Part shown: positions 46,707-61,700 of the stretch, one piece after another
How positions within the stretch are numbered: the stretch's first letter is position 1
Layout of the letters: the number at the start of each line of letters is the position of its first letter
Assembly (NCBI RefSeq): GCF_009914755.1
Contig: NC_060931.1
DNA: 64,000 nt
Source: the human T2T-CHM13v2.0 reference genome, Homo sapiens
Reading direction: 5' to 3' (one strand)
Notes under the pieces: generated by a model
Database searches by the model: none
Told to the model about the DNA's origin: nothing
What the model saw: only the letters and a program-made list of their open reading frames with translations
Made by a program: the position numbers and the translations under genes

Positions 46707-47819
46707 TTAATTTCCCAGTATTGTGAGACTTAACATATGTCAGCCTGGGCAGCATAGCAAGACCCCACCTCTACCAAAAATTTAAAAATTAGCTGGGCAT
46801 GGTGGCTGGGGCACGCCTGTGGTCCCAGGTACTAGGGAGGCTGAGGCAGGAAGATCACTTGAGCCGAGGAGATTGAGGTGGCAGTGACCTACAATCGCGT
46901 CACTGTACTCCAATTAAAAAATAAGTGTCGGGCCAGGCGCGGTGGCTCACGCCTGTAATCCCAGCACTTTGGGAGGCCGAGACAGGCAGATCACGAGGTC
47001 AGGAGATGGAGACCATCCTGGCTAACACCGTGAAACCCCGTCTCTACTAAAAATACAAAAAATTAGCCGGGTGTGGTGGCACACGCCTGTAGTCCCAGCT
47101 ACTCAGGAGGCTGAGGCAGGAGAATCGCTTGCACCCGGGCGGCGGAGGTTGCAGTGAGTTGAGATAGCACTCCAGCCTGGGCGACAGAGAGAGACTCCGT
47201 CTCAAAAAAAAAAAGTGTGGCTCTCAATAAATGAGTTGTTATTTCAGTGGCAAGCCCTGAAAGGGGGTCTACAAAGGCCCAGTGGGCGAGGCTGAGGAAA
47301 TGCCTGGACACGACCCTTCTCATGGCATTCCCGGGGCGCCCGCATCAGCCCCTACCCACTCCCGCTCGGGGACTTTCTCGGAATCGCGCTTCTTCTTCCA
47401 GCAGCCTCGAGGCCGGCCCCGTCCAGGTCTCTTTAGCTCCGCCCCCTGGTGAGGGGCGTGGCCTCCTCAGGGCCGGGGCGTGGCCCAACCGGGAACTGGG
47501 GCGTCGAACTCCCCTTCCCAGTCTGGAGCCACCCATTCCAGGCGGGGCGGGAGGCTGATCACGTGACCAGCGAGCGGTCTCACCCTCCTCATATGCCAGT
47601 ACCACCTCCTCCAGTCCCAGAGGGGGGATGTCTTACTCCTTTCCGTGAAGCAAACCCTTTGAGTACGGTTTGCGTCCACAAAGCGTAGGGTGAGAACCTT
47701 GGGAGCGACTGGGCCCGTCTTTGCTCCCTCGGTGGGGTTTTGTCTCCTGGCTTCCCCCAAGTGCGAGGCAGTTGGTCTCGCCCAGCCGGGTCCTGGGCGC
47801 GGCGGCGGCAGCCGCGTCA

Positions 47820-47893
47820 CTGGCGGGCGGGATCCCTCCGCTCTGGGGAGGCAGCGCTGGCGGCGGGGCTGGGGCCACTGAGGAAATCCATCC

Positions 47894-47931
<38 letters not shown>

Positions 47932-48002
47932 TCCGCCGCGGAGGAAGACAGCGCCGCCCGCGCACCGCCAGCGACCTCCGCCGCAGAGTCCCACCGCCAC
48001 AG
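47820..48002 (+). other. GNB2: GNB2 non-coding exon 1 (5'UTR), spliced to the acceptor at 50256; 5' end approximate
   Basis: Lies in a CpG island; donor CAG|GTACC at 48002/48003; acceptor CCCCCAG|G at 50255/50256, 89 nt before the ATG; Inr-like TCACT near 47817. Confidence 0.75.
47896..47931 (+). repeat. (GCC)12 trinucleotide repeat in the GNB2 5'UTR
   Basis: Twelve uninterrupted GCC units counted directly. Confidence 0.95.
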
Positions 48003-50344
48003 GTACCTTCGCTGGCAAAAGGAGTCCTCTCGCCCCCCAGCCCCAATTTCCCCCAGGGGAACCTCTCTTCCTTCGGTCTCCCGGGGCTGGCCTCCTGGGA
48101 GCGGACGTAACTCCCCAGACCTCCGCTCCCTTCCCCTCTTGCCCGGTCGCTCCCAAACCCGGAAGGGGAACTGGGGAACCCTCGCCCCCCACCGTGCGTG
48201 CGCTTCCCCGCACCATCAGCGAAGTTTTTGCCCGACCCCAGACCCCAGCCCAGCCCCGACTGCCTCTTGCTCCCTCGGAAGTTGGGGGGCTAAATTCCGG
48301 GCTTCCTCTAGGCCCCGCCCCGCCCCCTTTCCCCACCGCCACCCTCCCGCCTGCCCCCGGGGAGCACCCCTCGTGTCCTCCACTGTCGCACCCCTGCCGG
48401 CCCTCGCCTTGCACAACTCCAAAATCGGGGAGAAGCAGGCAAGGCCGCGCGCCACCCTTCCTTTCGTCTCCACCCTACCCACGATTTGGGTGCTGCCCGT
48501 GGTTTCTGGCCCCACTCGCCGAAACTGGAGCCCTCGGCGCCCTATTCCCTTTACAGATCCTCACCCCAAGCCCAGCTCCCAGGCGCCCGCCCCCCGCCCA
48601 GCTTTCTTTTAGGCAAAATGGAGGTCGTAGGGGCTGGAGGGCCAGGCCCACTGCGCTTCGCAGCGCCGCACCAGCCCGCGCCTTCCAGCTGCCAGATCCA
48701 GGGACCCTCCCGTCACTCTCCTGAGCCCCGCCAGACCTGCGGAGGCGGTTGCACCCTCATTTCTCTATGGAGCGCCGGCTGCTATATCCCTAGAGTCTGG
48801 GGGCTGCTGAGGGCCCTGGGGGGTGATGGGGACCGAGGGCTGAGAACGTCGCCCCCGCCCCCAGTTTCTTCCTCCAGCCGTGCTTCCTTCTGCCCTGGGC
48901 CTCCGGCGGTGCCGCCAGGCCTGGGCTGCTAGTAGGTGGAAGAGGCTTTGTGCGGGCCTGGGGGTTGGGTAGAGTAAGGAGTTCTGCCCGCACCCCCCAT
49001 CCCCCGATTTTGAGGGTCACCCCTTGGCACTGGCGTAGAAAGCTGAACTTACAAGGAGGGGAAATGTCAGTGGGGAAGAGGAACGCCCTGCGCCTGGGGG
49101 AAGTGGGAGCTGGGTGGGGGACGCCTGGGCCGGCCAAGTGCAGTGTGTACGGCCGGATCGCACAGGTGTCCCGCGGGCGGGGAAGGACTCAGGCTCCCGG
49201 AGCGGAGCCAGCCGGGCCCCTGGGGCCCGGGCGCCGAGCCTGCGGGCTGGGCCCCCCGGGTGTCCAGGGCGCCGCGGCCAGGCCGCCTGGGGCCGCCCGC
49301 CCGCGCCTGGGAGAGAGCACCTCCGCGCCTCGGGGCCGGGGACCTCGTTGCGGAGCCGTAATTACTCGAGAGCGGCTCCCACGGGCTTTCTGCGGGCGCG
49401 GCGGGGCGGGCGGTCCCTGCGCTGGAGGGAGCAGCGGCTCGGGGCTGCCTTCCCCGCCGCTGTCACCCCCACCCGCGGCGGACGGCTAATGGGGCGCAGC
49501 CGGACCGGGGATTATCCGGGGTGAGCCGTCCAGAACCTATTAGCGCCCAATCGGCTTTTCCCAAATCCTGTAAACAGCCACCCGGGCCGGTTCTGGGGAG
49601 GGCGGGAGGCTGGGTCGGGCGGGGGCGATGGGGCCGGGGGTGGGGTCACCCACCCTACAGGTCTCTGCCGTGGATGCGGTTGCCTTGGCAACGGGGCTAG
49701 GGTGGGGGCATTTCACCAATGAGGTGCTCTCGGTCCGGGTGACGGTTGCCTAGGCAACCCCACGAACAGCCCAGCTTTCCCCTCTGGTCTCTCCCCCCAC
49801 CCGCCACCATCGAAGCTGGGGGTGTGTGTGGAGGGTGTGCGCCTTGTGGGGTGAATTTCAAGAGGCACCGCCCCTTTTAAAATTAGGTGCTTGGAGGGCG
49901 GTGCCTGTGCGGGCTGGGGCAGAAGCCAGGTCTGTTTTCGAAGGGACACCCCCGCCCCCCCCGCCCCAGTTCCTGCCGCGGGTGTCCTGCCCGGGCTGTG
50001 TCCGAGGGAGGGGTTTCCCCTGCGCTTCCTCTTGCACTTCCCGCTCCGTTTCCGGGGGGCGGGAGGAAGATTGGGGAAGTCGGCTCTTACTCGGCGACGT
50101 CTCTGGTGCCGGAGACCCTGGTTGTGCCCGGGGACGGCGGCCGCGCCGCCCCTTCCCCCTCCCCTTGCTTACCCCTTCCGGGCCGCGCTGCAACCCCGCC
50201 TTTCTCCCCACTTCCCCGGCGGCCTCGGGCCTGACGTCAGCCCTGCATCCCCCAGGCCTCGGGCCAGCGGCCAGGAGCTGCCTCCCCCAGCCCCCGTCCC
50301 GCGGCCCCCAGCCGCCCCCAACCCTGCCCCACGGGCCCGGCGCC

Positions 50345-52880
<2,536 letters not shown>

Positions 52881-53221
52881 TGGCCCCACCCCCACTGGGC
52901 CCAGGCCAGGAGGGGCCCTGCCCATGCCCACACTACAGGCCAGGGCTGCGGGGCTGGCGCAATCCCAGCCCCCTTCCCCGGGCCACGGGGCCTTGGGTCC
53001 CTGCCCTCCCACCCAGGTTTGGTTCCTCCCGGGGCCCCCACTGTGGAGATAAGAAGGGGATGGAATGGGGGAAGAGGAGGAGCAGGAGGCCCTCATCCTT
53101 CTGCTGCCCTGGGGTTGGGGCCTCACCCCTCTGGAGGGCCGGAGGCAGGAGGTGGAAACCCCAGGGGCTGGCTTTTTTAAAACTGGTTTTATTTTAATTT
53201 TTATTATATTTTCAGTTTTTC

Positions 53222-53227
53222 CATAAA
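53222..53227 (+). terminator. GNB2 variant poly(A) signal CATAAA
   Basis: No AATAAA follows the GNB2 stop on the plus strand. CATAAA is preceded by a U-rich element (53187-53220) and followed by a GU/U-rich element (~53250-53300). Confidence 0.6.
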
Positions 53228-53584
53228 GGAGCCAATTCCAACTCTGTACCTGGTCTCTGCCCTTGCTGTGTTCTCCTTGTTTCTGGACTTTGTTGCCTGA
53301 GGGCTGCTGAGGGGGTGGATGGTGGGGAAGGTATGGGGCCTGCCAGGCAGCTGGGGCTGGGGGTGGGGTCCCCACTCTCCCTCAGAGCAAAGCTGAAGCC
53401 CCAGCCCAGAGCCTTCCGTCCAGAGGTTCTCGGATAAGCAGCCCTCACCATGGTTTCCCCCGTCAGGCTGCTGACCAGAGCCAGCCTGACCAGGCGGGCA
53501 CTGCTCAGAGCTCCTAGTTCCCAGCTCTGTGCAGAGCCACTCATCCCCATGGCTCTCCCCAGATAACGAGCAGTGGAGGCGGAA

Positions 53585-55436
53585 CGGGAGAACACACACC
53601 AAGTTTTATTGGGAGAAGGGAGTATTTACAGGAGCAGGTAAAAGAGAGGGAAGTCACACAGGGTGGAGAGGGGGCGGGGAGACTGTGGGTACAAGGCAGA
53701 CAGGGAACACGGTGACCCCTGCACCCACCCCAACCCCAGGAAGGGCAGGGGAGCAGCGAGGGCCCAGGAAGACCGGGGCCGGGGAAGGACAGCAACAGGG
53801 TCTGAGTCCCTGGGCAGGGGGGCTCAGGGGCTTGTAAACATTGACCACTCTCAGAAGGGGATGGGGGTGGGAGAGGGCTCCCCCTATACTTCCTCACAGG
53901 GTTAAGGCCTCTCCAGGCTCATGGGCCCCCTAAGTCCAAAGTCTCTTTAGCTGGGGAGAAGAGACAGGAAGAGTGTCCCCCTTCCCCTGCATTGGCTGCG
54001 GCAGGGGTGGGGGGGTTACATTCAGTCACAACAGGAGTCTCCCCCACACCTGGCAAGAGGGAAGGGGAGCTGGGGGCCAGCAGCAGCAAACACTCCCCCC
54101 GGCCCGTCACCCCTTATTGCTTTAGAGAGAATATTGTCTTTTCAGGGACGCTAACACTGTGGGAACCAGGGAGAGGCAGGTGGGGGCCCCCCACCCCGAG
54201 GCCAGCTTGATCCCCCAACACTGACCTAGTTGCCACTTTGGTGCAAAAAAAAAAAAAAAAAAAAAAAAATCCAACAACAGAAAACCAAACACCATCTTTC
54301 TGGGACTAGATGGGGAAAGAAACGGGCCACTCCCCATGTCCCCAGGGCAGGAGGGAGAAATACATTCATGGAGGGAGGCAGTGGCGAAGCCTTGCCCTAA
54401 TACTGCACTCTGAGCAATGAGGTCAATGGGAGGAGCTGGATGAGAAACCCAAAAGACAAAACTGTTACAAAACCCAAAATGGGCGGAGACGAACCCAAGT
54501 AGGGGACCGGGAATAAGAAGTGGGTGAGCAATAGAAGGGGCAGCCTCCTCTGACCCAGGAGCCGCACACTTCTCTTCACCCCAACCTTACCCAACGGTAA
54601 AAAGCGCATCATATCAGACCCGGAAGGCCACCTGCTCCTCTCCCATTTGGTCAGCGGAAGGGTCAGGTGCAGAGCTGGGTGGTCCACATCTTACGAGCTG
54701 GCTACAGGTTGGGGCCCCGGGCGGCAGCCCCTCTACTGCAACCCTAAGCCCAAAGCCACCCACTCCTTGCCTTTGAGGCCCCTCCTCCTGCCCCCTTCAC
54801 TGGAGAAACAGCTCAGCCTTCTCTCTGCAGCCTCTGGAGCAATCATCCACCCCCGCCGCTCACAGGGGTGAGGCAGCTCAGGCAGGGGTGAGGCGGGGGC
54901 TTGTGGCCCAAAGAATACATTCACGTGGCAAGGCAGAGAGCTGGGGCTTTCAGGTTCAAACCCAGGGTGTCCCCCAAAATGGCAGCAGTGGGAGACGCCC
55001 CTCACCAGAGCCAGAGTCCTGCTGCCCCACCCTGCCAGCCAGAGAGGTTGGCACGGCTTGGCCCCTCCCGTCTACTCGGCCAGCACAAGATGGCAGCCAG
55101 AGAGCTGGGGCCACTCGTCCAATTTGTGCAACTGTCCCCCAAAGCAGCGAAGCCAAGGGGCTACTTTGGCCCCACCCCGGACACCTCAGCCAGCCTCAGT
55201 GACAGGAGCTGCTCACAACAGGTCTGGCGGGTGGGGCTCAGACAGGCCTCCTGTGCAAACTGCTGGCCCCCAGCTTCCAGTTACCCCATGGCCCGCCTTC
55301 TGGGGGGTAAGTATGGCCTTGGGGGCCAGGCAGGACAGGTCCACGGGGCCTGTGTCCCCACTGCCCCAAAATAACAGTGTGTTTTTTCTTTCAGCCTCCT
55401 AACCATTTTTTTTTTCATTTTTCATCTTTTTTTCTT

Positions 55437-55467
<31 letters not shown>

Positions 55468-55796
55468 CTCTGTGGACCTTCCATTGTCACACCCACTATC
55501 CTCACAGCAGGAAGGGGTGTTTAGAGTCTAGTTTTTAACAATATTTTTGCCTCTCCTAATGTTTTCTTCAGTCGTTTAAAATTAAAAAAAAAATAAAAAG
55601 AAAAACCCCCTCCCCCAGTCTGTAAAGTGCCTCGTGGTGGGTGAGTTAAGGTGCATCGTGTGTTTGTAACAAGTGCTGGGGACCCCGCCCCTGCCTCTTC
55701 CTGTGCTCTCTGCGGGGAGCCTGCAGGCTGGGACCCTCGGTCCACGCCGCTGTGGCTGCCCTGGCCTACAGCCCAGGGGCTGGGGGTCCGGGCTGG
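53585..55796 (-). other. GIGYF1: GIGYF1 3'UTR (~2.2 kb)
   Basis: Runs from the stop codon (55797) to just past the minus-strand AATAAA at 53605-53610; free of interspersed repeats. Confidence 0.8.
53605..53610 (-). terminator. GIGYF1 poly(A) signal AATAAA
   Basis: Plus-strand tttatt, about 2.2 kb downstream of the GIGYF1 stop codon. Confidence 0.75.
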
Positions 55797-58700
55797 TCAG
55801 TAGTCATCCACGCTCTCGATCTCACCAGAAGATCCGTGCAGGGAGTACCCTGAAGCCGGGGAGAAGCTGCGTCTGAGCTCTCTCCTGGGCTCCTCCTGCC
55901 CTGTGCCAAGGAAGTCCCGCTCCTGCCCCAGCCCAGCTCACCCAGGATGCTGGGGTCTGAGTGCAGCATCAGTGCCCGCCTCTTGGCCTTGCTGCCCTCC
56001 CCGGGGCCGAGTTTGGTGCTGTGGTTGGCCTGGAAGGCCGTCTGCAGCGAGGCGCTGCTCAGCCATGCCTCCTAAGGCAGCGGAGAGGAGGGTGAAGGTC
56101 AGGAGGCACCAGGCAAGCCCACCCCAGCTGCTGGTGCCGGCTGCCTCACCTGCTGCTGCTGCCGCTGCTGGCTGGCTTTCTGCTTGGCCCTCCGCTCCAG
56201 GAATTGTTTGGCAAATTCTTTGGCTTCCAGCGTGTCCCCCAGGCAGGAACGGATATAATCGTGGACATCATAGGGGGATTCCACCTCCTTGAGGATCGCT
56301 ACAGCCATGGGCACTGCAGGATGAGCGAAGGCTGTCAGGGCCCCCTGGCCGGGTCTGGAGACCCAGGTCCCGCCCACCTCCTGGGAGCCGCTCGCCCACC
56401 GTCCAGGCTGCCCGTGGCGCTCAGCGTGTGCAGCATCTGCTCGCACCACTGGGTGAAGCCGTCCTGGGGCCTGGGAATGCCCTGCAGCAGCTTCAGCAGC
56501 TTCTCTTCTTCCTCCGTCTTTTTGCGAATGGGCCGACCCGATAGGTGGCTGTATGAGTCACTGAAGGGGGAGGGTGAGTCAGGGTTGGAAATCAGCTGGC
56601 AGGGGTTGGGGGGGTCTGCCACCTTCCCCCTCAGGGCCATCCCGGAGCCTCCAGGTGCCACGCCCACCTGAGAGATGGGCTGCTCCGGCTGTTCTTCAGG
56701 CCGAGGCCACGGACCAGGCTCCCGCCGCTCTTGGGGGTGTCCTCCCAGAGCCCCAGGCCGCTGCTGCCGCCCCCACTCTTGTCTGGCCCGCCCCACAGTG
56801 GCCCAGCCTCAGACACCCACTGGTTCAGGGGGGCAGTGCCCAGGCCCCCAAGCTGCTACAGATGGCAGAAGATCAGAGTGGCTCAAACAAAGGCACCCCA
56901 GAAAAGCGGATGGGGAGGCTTGTTTAGGTGGCAAAGGGAGACAGGTGAGGTGAGGGCCACAAGAGCTGTTGCCATCACAGGAGAGGCTGGGACTGGGGCT
57001 GGGGCTGCACAAGTCTGGGTTCAGTATCCCCCTCCCTGTGCCACCCTGGAAACTGTAGGGGGAGCCCGGGAGGTTCCCGGCCTGCTCACCACTCGGTGGT
57101 TGGGGGCCTGGGCCCGAGCTGGCTCCCGAGGTGGGGGCTGTTTGTGCAGCTGCCGCTCGCCCTCCAGCTGCAACTCCAGGAGCGTCTTCATGGACAGCCC
57201 CTGCTTGGCCAGGCCAGCCCAGAGTGGGGGCGGGGAGCTGGGTGCGGGGGGCACAGGGACCGCCTGCTGCTGCTGTAGCAACTTCAGCAATAGCTCCTGC
57301 TGCCGCACCTAAGAGGGGGACATGGTGAGGGGACCTGGCGAGGGTTGTCCACCCAGCCAGCTGAGGCTTGGGAGCACCCACGTGCTTGCGCCGAAACAGC
57401 TCTTCCTCCTCCTGCCGCCGCTTCTGCTCCTCCTGCTGCTGCTGGCGGCGCTTCTCCTCTCGACGCTTGCGTTCCTCTTCCTCCCGCTTCGCCCTGAGCT
57501 CCACTTCTCTGCGCTCCTGGAACTGAGACCAGTGGCCCATCAGAGGGGAGAGCTGCAGGGGACAGCCTGGGGCCTGCCTCGGTCCACCCTTCATTCCCAG
57601 GGCCTCAGCCCCAGGATGCCCACTCACTTTATGTTGCAGCTGGAGTTGTTCTAGAATTGGACCCTGAGTCGAAGAGTTAATTGGTATGTCCCAAAGACTG
57701 GCCTCACCACCTGCAGGGGGCAGGGGGGCAGAGGCGGCTGCAGGTGGGCACTTGGGCCCACTGATCTAGTCCAGCCGCAGCAGTGGGCTCCCCAGCCAGA
57801 ATGGCAGCTAGGGGCGTGTGGGGGTGGGGAGCAGACCCCAGACCCCATTTCACCCGGAGACTGCCTTGGGGGTGGGGACCAGTCAGGCCACACACCTGAC
57901 TGTGATGAGGCTGAGGTATGTACGTCCCAGAGGCGGCCCGAATCTGGCACCGACAAGGACCGGCTCATCGTCGGGAGCAGGTTCTGGTCCCCGCCTCTGA
58001 GGAGCAAATTGTGGATTCTTAGGACCCCAAATCCATCTCTGGTCTGCCCCCATCCCCCCCCCACCCTGTATCCTGAGGGCTCGCACGCACCACGCACCTG
58101 GGGGGTTTGAGCGCCTGGAGCTGCTGCAGGAATGCCGTGAGCTGCTGCTGCTGCTGCTGTGGCGGCGGCGGTGGTGGCGGTGTCAGGTCCCCCAGAGCTG
58201 CCTTTTCTCGGAGCGCGCACTGTGGGAGCTGGCGGCTGCAAATGGGACAGTGGAGATGGTGGGCCACAGAGCCAGCGCCGGGCCTTCTCCCAGCCCACCC
58301 CAGGCCCCCCATACCTGCTGACCAGCTGGAGAAACTGCTGGTGCTGCAGCTGCTGGTACAAGGCCGCCGCGGCCAGCTCCTGTTGCTTCTTCAGCCGCTC
58401 CTGGTCCATGTTTCCCTGCTCAGGTGAGAGCTCGGCCAGTGCCCCCAGCAGGGAGGAGGGGACTCTGCTGGACTCCTGCCGGCACCCCTCACACCCTGTC
58501 CCTCCATGCAGGGGAGAAGCGGCTCACCAGCAGTGGGGGAGGTGAGGGCCCTGGGGCAAAGGGCACGCGGCCCCACATCTTGATCACCTCGCCCAGCGGC
58601 TGGAAGCCCTCATCGCAGCCCCGCTTCACCAGCAGTGACATGGAAAAGTAGCCGGCCTGGAACCACTCTGCCATCTCCTGTGTCGTGAAGGGGCCTGGAC

Positions 58701-61700
58701 AGGGAGCGAGGGAGCGGGAGAACCACTGGGGTCACAGGGTATGCCAGAGACACCCTGAACCAGAACGGCCTTGAGCAGCCCTCCCATCCCACACAGGTAC
58801 CTTGGATCTCGCCCTGTGGGTCCTTGTAGAACCACTTCCGGGCAGCCCCATGGCTGAGCGGGAGGGCAGTGGCGGCTGCAGAGTGGCGCAGGCCCTGGGT
58901 CTGCATGGCAGCCGTGAACTGCTCCTCCTCCAAGGAGCTGTCCTGCAGGGAGGCCACCAGCTTCTCCGCCTCCTGGATGCCCAGAAAAAGAAGAAAGGCT
59001 CAGCTGCCAATCTCAGCAACATCAGGATGGGGATGGGGATGGAGCTTGAGCTGGGGCCGGGGCTGGGGCCAAGCAGGTCAGGTCAGAAGTGGGAAGGGTC
59101 CCTCCCGCTTTCTCAGGCCCCCACACCTGCTGCAGGTGCTTCAAGCCTTCATCATCCTCCAGATCTCCGGGTGGGCCAGCAGAGGAGCCCACCCCGGGAC
59201 TCAGCTGGATCCCCCGAATATCATCTGGAAGGCATGAGATAGGAGGTGGAAAGAAGGGCGGGGAGGAGACAAGATAGCTTTCGCCTACTCTCACTCCAGA
59301 ACACCACGCTCTTGCCATGGCTCCTCAATGTGAATGCCCTGTGTGCCCACCCCCACGAGTGGGGAGCACTTTCTCCCACAGCCCCAGCGCACCCGGGAGG
59401 TAGGCCATCCTCCCTTCCTACCTTCGGCCGCTGGGGGCTCTTTCTCTGCAGTTTCGTCCCCATCCCCGTTTGTCCCCCAGAGTGGGCCCAGGGTGGGCAG
59501 TGGGGATGGGGAGCTGGACTTCTCCTCCTGAGGAGGCAGTGGGGTCAGCTCTTTCCCACCTAGAAGAGGGAGATGGCCAGAGTTCAGAACCAAGGGCTGG
59601 GCCTGCCACGCGAGTTAGCACAAGCCCTTGAGTGTGGCTGGAACCGCGGGTCACACTCCCTTAGGCCGAGTCCACCACTTCACTTGGGTCAACTCAACTA
59701 ATGGCAGAGGGAATGCGGTGCCCTGACCCTCGCCTCCACGCTGCCAGACGCGGCAGGAACATATCACAACATCGCACAACACCACACAACACCGCAGACG
59801 TCACTCCAGGTTCTACAGCTTCTTCAAGGGACTTTCAAAGGTCATTTTGATTACGCCTGATTTCTATCTGGTACACTGCCTTGAAGACATGGCTCTGCTA
59901 CCCCCTGGTTCCTCCCCACCTCTCAGCACTCTTCTTCCAGATCTAAGTAGCCTGATTCTACAGGTAGGTGGGCAGCCAATGCCCAGCCCGGCAAAGAACA
60001 CCAGTGCCTGCCCGGCCCAGCCCCAGGCCCGCTGGGCACCCCGCGGCTCACCTGCCTCAGGCCCTTCCTCCTCTAGCCCTTCGGAAGGTTCCTCCTCCTC
60101 CTCCAACCCTTGGAAGTCCAGCTCCTGCTCCTCAGGAATGGGCTCCTTGGGGCCCTTCTGCATGGGGCCGGGGTGGGGAGCAGAGAACAGCTGGGGTGGG
60201 TGGGGAGGAAGAGGACCCCGGAAGGGCAGGTTCCCACCCTCGCCTCCTCACAGATACCTTGAGAGGCAAGAAGGCCCCAGAGGCATCAAAGGTGCCCATT
60301 TCTTCATCCTCATCGTCCAGGCACCACTCTGGGAGCCCATCCTTGTCCTCCTCAAAGCCTTCAGGCGCTCGGCACCGCCGCAGGTGAGAGCTGCCTCCCC
60401 CTCCCCGCCCCTCCTCTTCACCACACCCTCCTCGATCCCCTCGCAAATCAAATTCAAACTTGCGCCGCCGTTCCCCATGTTCCCGCCAGCCAGCAGAGCG
60501 GGGACCACCATCTGCACAGGAAAAGTCAGGGAGAAGAAGAGTGGGTACCCAAGCGAAGCCAGCGGCCCCCTCTGCTGCAGCTCACGGAGCACCTCCAGGG
60601 CTGCTGTCCCGGCCACTCCCACACCAGCCAGCCTCTGCTCCCTCCCCGTGGCTACAGGAGCCCACCCTCTCATTACAGTTCCTGCTCCCCACTGCCCCCG
60701 CCAATGCTACCAGGCCCCAATCTCACCAGGGCTGGCGGAGCGCCAGCGGTCGCCGTCTCGCCGGGGCCCTGCTCCGAGCCTCCAGCTGCCCTCCTCCTCC
60801 TCCTCCTGTTCCTCCCGTAGGGAGCGCCAGTTCTCGCTGTCTGAGCGGGCGTGCTCCTTCCTTGGGCCAGCCCCTCCCTCCTCAAAGCCACATCGTGCTG
60901 GGAGACGGGAAGACAGGGGCAGTTATTAGAAAGGCAGCGTGGTGCCTGGACCCTCAAGAAACGTTGGGGGGGCCAGCTCCAGGCCCTCCTGCCCCCAACA
61001 CCTCCGAAATAAGCACCCCCAGACTGGGCCACCCATCTTGGTCCTCCCTGCCGCCCCGGCCGCCGCCCTCAGCAGCCTCGTACCTCCATCCCGCCTTGCT
61101 GACTTCTCAAACCGCCTCTCGCCTCTGCAGCAGGGGAAACGTGTGGGTCAGAAACAGTACAGCCTCCCCTGCCACCCTGTGCAACCGCCCCATGCCTTGT
61201 CCACTGTGCCCTGAGGCAGTGGAGGGAGGAAGGGGACAAACGAAACCAGGGGTCAGGAGCACCGGGATCTCGGACAGGGCTTATCTGGTGGGCCTCTGTT
61301 ACCCTCTAGCGACAGGGCCCAGGCCTCCCCTCCCTGGCCTGCCCGGCTCTGCGCCATGCCCCCTCCCCGCCCCACCTGTCATCCCAGCTCTGGCTGCGCT
61401 GGATTTCCCGGGGGCTTCGTCCAAAGGCCCCATCGCCTTCTTCGATGCTTCTTTGGTAAAAGCAGCTGTCACCACGGCCGCGGCCTAGAGAAGAGGCCAG
61501 ACGCACAATGAAACCTGCTGCACGTTCTCGAAGTCAGGGGCCCAGATCTGCCCGTCCCCAGGACACGCCATCACCCCTCTACCTCGGCTCCGCGTGCTGC
61601 CCCTGCCTCGGGAGGTGCCAGCCAGGGGGGGGCCAGCCCCTTTCCCCATCAGCCTCAGCACAGCCACGCTGTTCACTGACAGGGAGAAGTTTCTCTGAGG

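Noticed and set aside
60249-60257. GIGYF1 donor GTATCTGTG as a second U12 intron
   Set aside because: Lacks the CC at +5/+6 of the U12 consensus; treated as U2-type.
59847-61488. Plus-strand ORFs of 360 and 342 aa antisense to GIGYF1
   Set aside because: Antisense shadows; poly-Ser/Pro mirrors the GAG-rich codons of the real gene.
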